From assembly GCA_021498095.1 (NCBI GenBank), contig JAIZWK010000001.1, positions 2,070,001 through 2,102,000 of the forward strand: DNA of 32,000 nt, read 5' to 3'. The position numbers were made by a program, and so were the translations under genes. The DNA comes from Candidatus Harpocratesius repetitus. Its GTDB lineage: Archaea > Asgardarchaeota > Lokiarchaeia > Sigyniarchaeales > Promethearchaeaceae. The notes below the pieces were generated by a model. That model had not been told where the DNA came from. It made no database searches and saw only the letters and a list, made by a program, of their open reading frames with translations. How positions within the stretch are numbered: the stretch's first letter is position 1; each line of letters opens with the position of its first letter. This document shows positions 26,482 through 32,000 of the stretch, piece after piece.

Positions 26482-28731
26482 ATGGTAAAAGTTAGAAATT
26501 CTAAACAGATTGAAAATATGGTTATACGTGGGGAATACAAGCAAAAGCGTATCTTTTCAATCGTAGCTCATATTGACCATGGGAAGACTACTACTTCAGA
26601 CTTTTTGCTTAAAAGAGCAGGGCTTATGCGACCAGAGGATGCAGGAGCCATGCAAGCAATGGATTCTGACGATGAAGAACAAGCACGAGGTATTACAATA
26701 TTTACTTCGGTTGTATTACTCGCTTTCGATGATCCTCGCAAAGAAAATGAAGATCCTTATATTTTCCAAATTAATGATACTCCAGGGCACCTTTCCTTTA
26801 CAGGAGAAGTCTCACGAGCCCTCCGAAGTTCTGATGGAGCAATTTTATTGGTCGATGCTTTAGAAGGGATGATGACCCAAACTGAGACCAATATCCGGCT
26901 TTCTGTTGGAAATGAAATTTGTAAACCAGTAGTTTATATTAACAAGGTTGATCGTTTGATTTCTGAATTACGTTTGGAACCAAAAGAAGTTTATGAACGA
27001 GTAGATGCAATCATAAACGATGTAAATAATTTGATTCGTGAATTACAACCTGAAGGTGTTGATTGGACCGTTTCTTTTGCAAAAAGCCAAGTTGCTCTCG
27101 GATCTGCCAAGCATGGTTGGGGATTTACCATGGAAATTTTGCAAGAGCGTAAGATCAAGCCTACTTTTGTCTTTGAGAAATATAAAGAAGGCGATATTGA
27201 ATTCTTGCGTAAGAATTTGCCTTTAGACGATTCATTATTGCGGATGGTTATCGATCATTTGCCTGATCCAATCCAAGCCAGTGCTTATCGCTTACCCAAA
27301 TTGGTTGAAAATGTTGATTTCAATTCTGAATTAGGTAAAGCTTTAACTTCTAGCGATCCTAAAGGACCTTTAATGGGTATGATTGCCAAAGTGTTTATTG
27401 ATCCAAAATCCTTCCGTCCAACTTTAATCGGTCGTGTCTTCTCTGGAACTCTTCGACAAGGTGACAGCATTTATTTGGTCAACCGCCGTGAAAGTTATAA
27501 AGTTAAACGTTTAGGTGTAATGGAAATCACCGATTTACTTGATATGGATCAAGTTCCTGCAGGTAACTTATTTGCCCTCTTTGGATTCATCTGTCCTTCC
27601 GGTGAAACTTTCGTTGCAAAAGAATATGCTGATACCTTTGAAGATAAGGGAGAATTACCTCGATTTGAAAGTATTAAATATTCTTGTGAACCTGTTGTTT
27701 CGCGATCAATCACACCAGTTGATCCTCAAGATTTAGGCAAACTCGGAGAAGTTACCTCTAAATGGCTCATGGCTGATAATACTGCTAAATTCTCGTTAAA
27801 CAAGGAATCAGGCGAGTATATTCTTAGTGGAATTGACCCATTGCAGATTGAAATTCTCACAAAACGAATCGATCGACAGGTAAAGATCAAAGTTGGTGAA
27901 CCAATTATTGTATATCGGGAAATGGTTACAAAGAAATCCAAGCCTTATCATACCAAATCACCAAACGGTCACAACAAGTTAATCTTGTATGTTGAGCCTT
28001 TAGATCCTATTGCCACACAACTCGTTTTAGATGGTGAATTAAACGAATTAATGGATGCAAAAACAATGTCTAAAATTTTGCGAGAAAAAGCGGGTTGGGA
28101 TGCAAAAGAAGGTCGAAAGATTTGGGATGTTTACGAAGGTAACATTCTTATTGATGGTTCCCGAGGTTTACAGCGTTTAGATCGTATCAAATCATATTTA
28201 ATCAGCGCTTGGCGTGAATGGTGTTCAAACGGACCATTAGCTAAAGAACCAGTAATGGGTGTTAAAGCAGTCTTTACTGATGCAGATGTTCATGTTGACC
28301 CTGCCCACACCGGATACTCTGAAATCGCGACCATGACTACCGCTGCACTCTCTCTAAGTTTCCTAGATGCAGATCCAAAATTATTTGAACCCATTCAAAA
28401 ATGTGATGTTAAGACACCGAATGGAACCGAAGGTGGTATTATAAAAGTTTTAACACAACACCGAGGAATTATAGAAGAAATTTTACCTGATGGTGCCTAT
28501 ATGCGTGTTAAAGGAAAATTACCCGCAGAGGAATTATCAAAAGGGATTGCAGATGATTTTCGTGGAGCCACCCAAGGTCGAGCTTTCTTTGGATATGAAT
28601 TTGCCGGTTTTGAGCCGATTCCACGAGCATTGATGAACCAATATATATTAGAGATTCGTAAGCGTAAAGGAATGGCAGAACAATTGCCAGACGGTTCTAA
28701 CTATCACCGATTTATTTACGTGCGAACTTAA
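26482..28731 (+). CDS. fusA: Elongation factor 2 homologue, probably the divergent Asgard EF-2 paralogue (aEF-2p)
   Basis: AHIDHGKTT, RGITI, DTPGH and NKVD GTPase motifs, EF-2 domain layout. The diphthamide loop reads DVHVDPAHTGYSEI rather than the canonical ...HEDxxHRGPAQ. The gene is not within an rps12-rps7-tuf cluster here. Confidence 0.9.
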   Translation: MVKVRNSKQIENMVIRGEYKQKRIFSIVAHIDHGKTTTSDFLLKRAGLMRPEDAGAMQAMDSDDEEQARGITIFTSVVLLAFDDPRKENEDPYIFQINDTPGHLSFTGEVSRALRSSDGAILLVDALEGMMTQTETNIRLSVGNEICKPVVYINKVDRLISELRLEPKEVYERVDAIINDVNNLIRELQPEGVDWTVSFAKSQVALGSAKHGWGFTMEILQERKIKPTFVFEKYKEGDIEFLRKNLPLDDSLLRMVIDHLPDPIQASAYRLPKLVENVDFNSELGKALTSSDPKGPLMGMIAKVFIDPKSFRPTLIGRVFSGTLRQGDSIYLVNRRESYKVKRLGVMEITDLLDMDQVPAGNLFALFGFICPSGETFVAKEYADTFEDKGELPRFESIKYSCEPVVSRSITPVDPQDLGKLGEVTSKWLMADNTAKFSLNKESGEYILSGIDPLQIEILTKRIDRQVKIKVGEPIIVYREMVTKKSKPYHTKSPNGHNKLILYVEPLDPIATQLVLDGELNELMDAKTMSKILREKAGWDAKEGRKIWDVYEGNILIDGSRGLQRLDRIKSYLISAWREWCSNGPLAKEPVMGVKAVFTDADVHVDPAHTGYSEIATMTTAALSLSFLDADPKLFEPIQKCDVKTPNGTEGGIIKVLTQHRGIIEEILPDGAYMRVKGKLPAEELSKGIADDFRGATQGRAFFGYEFAGFEPIPRALMNQYILEIRKRKGMAEQLPDGSNYHRFIYVRT

Positions 28732-28736
28732 TCGCC

Positions 28737-28744
28737 TTTTTTTT
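28737..28744 (+). terminator. Oligo-T tract, candidate archaeal terminator
   Basis: T8 run 5 nt after the EF-2 stop codon. Confidence 0.35.
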
Positions 28745-28826
28745 ACCGAAAAATTGAGAAAAAAATTAATAAAGAAAGTTCCAAGAAAAATCGTTTTATT
28801 TTTTCATTCCTTATTCTTTTATAATT

Positions 28827-29393
28827 ATGAGCATGATTCAAAAAGGAAAAGCATTTGTCTATGGGAAAAATTTGGAATTTCGACCCTTAGAAAAGGATTA
28901 TTTGCAAACCATTCGAAAGTGGATTAATTCTATTGACTATCGCCGTTATTCGAGAAATGAGTTTCCATTACTTAGTGAGACTCATAATTCATGGTATGAA
29001 AGTTTGACAAAATCCAAGAGCGAGATTGTTTTTTCAGTATGGCATACAAAAGCTGAGCAATTAATCGGTGACGCCGGTTTGTATAATATCAATTATACCA
29101 ATAGAAGTGCTGAAATTGGATATGGAATTGGTGAGGATAAATTTCTTCGTAAAGGTTATGGAACAGAAATTATATTTCTTCTATGTCAATATTGTTTTAA
29201 TGAGTTAAATTTCCATAGAGTTTATGCTTCAATAATTGCTGAAAATATTGGTTCGATAAAATGTTTTGAGAAGAATGGATTTAAAAGAGAAGGAATTTTG
29301 CGAGAGGATGCTTATGTTGATGGAAAATACATCGATAATTATAGATATGGTATTTTAAAGGAGGAGTGGTTAAGTAAAGTTAGAAATGTATAA
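28827..29393 (+). CDS. GNAT N-acetyltransferase (RimJ/RimL-like)
   Basis: LIGDAGL, SAEIGYGIGEDKFLRKGYGTE, ENIGSIKCFEKNGFKREGILRE. Confidence 0.92.
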   Translation: MSMIQKGKAFVYGKNLEFRPLEKDYLQTIRKWINSIDYRRYSRNEFPLLSETHNSWYESLTKSKSEIVFSVWHTKAEQLIGDAGLYNINYTNRSAEIGYGIGEDKFLRKGYGTEIIFLLCQYCFNELNFHRVYASIIAENIGSIKCFEKNGFKREGILREDAYVDGKYIDNYRYGILKEEWLSKVRNV

Positions 29394-29537
29394 AAAAATA
29401 AAACGCACTCTAAAAGTGGATACAACCTTCATCGGCTACATTTTTATTTTTTGTTCTTGGCTTTTTCTTTATAAATTAAAGATAAATAGATATTTTCGAT
29501 AATAGTTGCTGTCCTAATTAATCGAAAGACAATCTTA

Positions 29538-29780
29538 TCAACAGTCTACAATTAAATTGTCTTGATTATTATTCTTTTTCATGTATTCAAGATAATCAGT
29601 ATCAGTTGAATCGGTAAAATAGAGTCTGTAAGTCTAAAGAATGGCATGTTCAATTGAGCCAAGAGAAATATTAATTGCAATTGAAAATTTAGTGTTAGAA
29701 TTAAGAGAGAATTGAAAGTCTTTATCAAGTTTTGATGTATTGAGATTTCGCATGAATTCTACTTGGTAATGTCCTGTATT
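29538..29780 (-). pseudogene. Decayed fragment resembling the C-terminal part of a DOMON-like domain
   Basis: Manual translation: NTGHYQVEFMRNLNTSKLDKDFQFSLNSNTKFSIAINISLGSIEHAIL*TYRLYF.... This resembles the G-Y-x-x-E-F-x-R-x-L-x-T...D-x-x-F...H pattern. There is an in-frame TAG at 29634-29636 and further stops upstream. Confidence 0.35.
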
Positions 29781-29971
29781 ATTTCACATTTTGTTGCTTT
29801 ATGAATCAGCAAATTATTTAAAACCGGGCCCTAATAGAAACATAGAACGACACACAAAAGAATCTAGATGAATTATTATTCCTCTACCGTACAAAATCTT
29901 GATATTTAAATTTCTTCTGGAATCATATGTGTGATCTTAATAATCACGAATATTGAAAGCCTTGGATTATT

Positions 29972-32000
29972 ATGAACACTAAAATCCCTTATTCTTTGAC
30001 TTATGAACAGTTAATGAATTTATTTGGAAAGGAACAGCGACAATTTTCAAATCTTACCGTACGTTGGGTTCTCTATTCTAGTTTTGGAGAAGATCCTCAA
30101 AAGAAAGTAATCGATTCCATTTGTGATCTTATTTTTGACAAAAGTAGTTCAGTTGAGCGAATTGATTCTGAATTTTGCGGAATTACTGAAATATATCACT
30201 TTTTACCCCAATTGAGATGGAAATGCAGTAGTTCTGATAGTGATCAAATAATAAATGTATCAATACCTGGTCATCGGTTGCTGAATATATCTATCGATGA
30301 TGATAATATTTTGATTAGTTTTATGCCTCATGGAATTAGGAAAATTACAGGATTTCCAGTTGAGTTTCCAGTTGCATGGGGACAATTTATTTTGGTAGGA
30401 ATTACTGAAACAACAGATGGTAAAGAATTGCTTCAATTATTGAAGAAAATATTATATTTGCAAGAATCTGAAAGTGTAGATCATCCCGAGAGCATAGATC
30501 AGTCTGCAGGCAAAGATCAACTTAATAAATCCACTTTAAACATTGATAGTTTGAAACCACGTGCTCGCTGTTCCAGTTGTGAAGGAATTTTGTTATTACG
30601 ACCACTTCCTCAAAATAAAGATCCCAAAGATCCTATTTCAAATCGAAATTTCATATGTACGGATTGTTTGATGGCTGCGTTGAAGTATTATGAAGAATTA
30701 GAAGATCAGATAATCGAACAAGAGCAAAAAGGGAAGATTGAAGGCAATATTGAGACATTGCTTGATATTATTGATGGGGGGATTACATTGGCGCGGAATC
30801 TTCAAGATGAACGTCTTATGCACGAATTTTTTATGTTTCGCGCTTTTGTTTTAGTTAAAAGTGATGATCCAGAGATTCTTGAAGAAGCTCAAGATTTGGT
30901 TGAAATTGTCTCTGATTTTGCCGAAGCAAATGAATACTCTAAATTGAGTCGAAATGCAACTCAACTGAGAAAAACCATCATTAAGAAGAAGTCAAAATTA
31001 AGTGATTCTAAAATTGAAAAAATAGAAAGTATAGAAACAAAAATTACCGCTGAATCAGGAATAAAAATTGCAGATAACGCAGAGGCAAAAATTACTAATA
31101 AAGTAGATTCAAATATATCCAGTTTAGTGCAGAATGAATTAGCTAAAGAATTAATTGATGAAGTATCTACTAAAAATTCTACCGATTTAGAGTTTGTAAT
31201 GCCTGATGATATAGAACTGGACGAAGATGCAATGGCATTGGGTGAAGCTTTAAATTACGTTCCTAATGAATCAGATCTGACTACAAAAGTTCCATTTATC
31301 GAAACTGAACAACAAACAATTTCTGAAGTTTCAAAAAAATCTACCGCTGCAAAAATTCCCAAAGTCATCAAAAATCTAAAAATTCCTAAAATTCCTAAAG
31401 TCCCTAAAAACTCTAAAGTCCCTAAAAATGAAATGGTAAATAAAATTCTACAAGACTTGCCTCTTAAGAGTATTTCCAAAGCTACTGAAAATTTCCCAAA
31501 ATCAGAAGAAGTTTCATCATCACCTCCAACAATTACTGCATTCAAAAATGAGAGAACATTGATGAATAATGAAAATAATGATTCAAAAATATCAAGTATC
31601 AGTGAGAGAAGCCAAGAAACTGTTGCATATTTTCAAGATGATGAAGAAGACGATGATGAATTTGCGATTCCAAACATACCAAAGCGAAAACCAATACAGA
31701 TTCCAAATTTAAACATTGAAACCACGCTTTCACAAGATGAAACACAATCTTCAGCGACTTTAAGTTCTGCAGAAAGTGTTGCAGATTCTAATTTTCACTC
31801 TTCTGAAGGTATAGAAAATCAATCAAATGTCGAATTTTCTATTAATTCAGAGACTATCCCTTCAAAATCTGAATTAAAGGACAAAAGTTTGGATAAAAAA
31901 CCAGAATTTGATTCTGAAGAAAGAATAGAAAATAATCTAAAAGAAAATGTTGGAGGAATTATTGAAGGAAAGAGAGAAGAGAGTTTTGATAATCTCTTAG
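29972..32000 (+). CDS. Large hypothetical protein (>676 aa, 3'-truncated; not in the ORF track): globular N-domain, C4 zinc finger, helical segment, long disordered tail
   Basis: Open from ATG 29972 (MNTKIPYSLTYEQLMNLFGKEQRQF...) to the window end with no stop. CSSC-x25-CTDC lies at 30569-30667, followed by a Ser/Glu/Lys-rich low-complexity tail. Confidence 0.85.
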   Translation, partial: MNTKIPYSLTYEQLMNLFGKEQRQFSNLTVRWVLYSSFGEDPQKKVIDSICDLIFDKSSSVERIDSEFCGITEIYHFLPQLRWKCSSSDSDQIINVSIPGHRLLNISIDDDNILISFMPHGIRKITGFPVEFPVAWGQFILVGITETTDGKELLQLLKKILYLQESESVDHPESIDQSAGKDQLNKSTLNIDSLKPRARCSSCEGILLLRPLPQNKDPKDPISNRNFICTDCLMAALKYYEELEDQIIEQEQKGKIEGNIETLLDIIDGGITLARNLQDERLMHEFFMFRAFVLVKSDDPEILEEAQDLVEIVSDFAEANEYSKLSRNATQLRKTIIKKKSKLSDSKIEKIESIETKITAESGIKIADNAEAKITNKVDSNISSLVQNELAKELIDEVSTKNSTDLEFVMPDDIELDEDAMALGEALNYVPNESDLTTKVPFIETEQQTISEVSKKSTAAKIPKVIKNLKIPKIPKVPKNSKVPKNEMVNKILQDLPLKSISKATENFPKSEEVSSSPPTITAFKNERTLMNNENNDSKISSISERSQETVAYFQDDEEDDDEFAIPNIPKRKPIQIPNLNIETTLSQDETQSSATLSSAESVADSNFHSSEGIENQSNVEFSINSETIPSKSELKDKSLDKKPEFDSEERIENNLKENVGGIIEGKREESFDNLL
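31352..31428 (+). repeat. Degenerate 9-bp coding tandem repeat (KIP/KVP)
   Basis: AAAATTCCC AAAGTCATC AAAAATCTA AAAATTCCT AAAATTCCT AAAGTCCCT AAAAACTCT AAAGTCCCT encodes KIPKVIKNLKIPKIPKVPKNSKVPK. Confidence 0.7.

Noticed and set aside
26573-27941. Short ORFs overlapping the EF-2 homologue
   Set aside because: Off-frame or antisense shadows.
29634-29636. In-frame TAG as a pyrrolysine codon
   Set aside because: The surrounding frame has additional stops and no valid start, so ordinary decay explains it.
31255-31545. Minus-strand 96-aa ORF and CRISPR-like reading of the 9-bp repeats
   Set aside because: Antisense to the long plus-strand gene. The repeats are contiguous 9-mers with no spacers and encode KIP/KVP.

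Overview
AT-rich archaeal DNA, most likely an Asgard archaeon of the Lokiarchaeia/Promethearchaeota type. This is inferred from the archaeal ribosomal superoperon, a stand-alone divergent EF-2 with HTG in place of HRG, and Loki-style LRR and membrane proteins. Left to right: a 5'-truncated TIR + Nudix fusion gene directly followed by an LRR protein; a decayed MFS transporter split over three ORFs; beta-carbonic anhydrase; BioY; a higher-GC mosaic with an IS607 resolvase remnant; a membrane protein; the conserved cluster rps19e-PDCD5-rpl39e (missing from the ORF track)-rpl31e-eIF6-rpl18a-pfdA-ftsY-secE, preceded by a structured leader and a small ORF; an inactivated IS1/IS6-like DDE transposase; dnaG; an ArsA/Get3 ATPase; the archaeosine genes arcS-raSEA; a methyltransferase; an intact relative of the transposase; a membrane-anchored wHTH regulator; a DUF1624-like membrane protein with an internal TGA; the EF-2 homologue; a GNAT; a decayed DOMON-like fragment; and a >676-aa zinc-finger/disordered protein running off the right edge (also missing from the ORF track). 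No tRNA, rRNA or CRISPR array was seen. The most promising novelty is the TIR-Nudix + LRR pair, a candidate immune or nucleotide-signalling module. Next are the AT-hook-bearing transposases and the rps19e leader. All family calls come from motif recognition by eye, not database searches.
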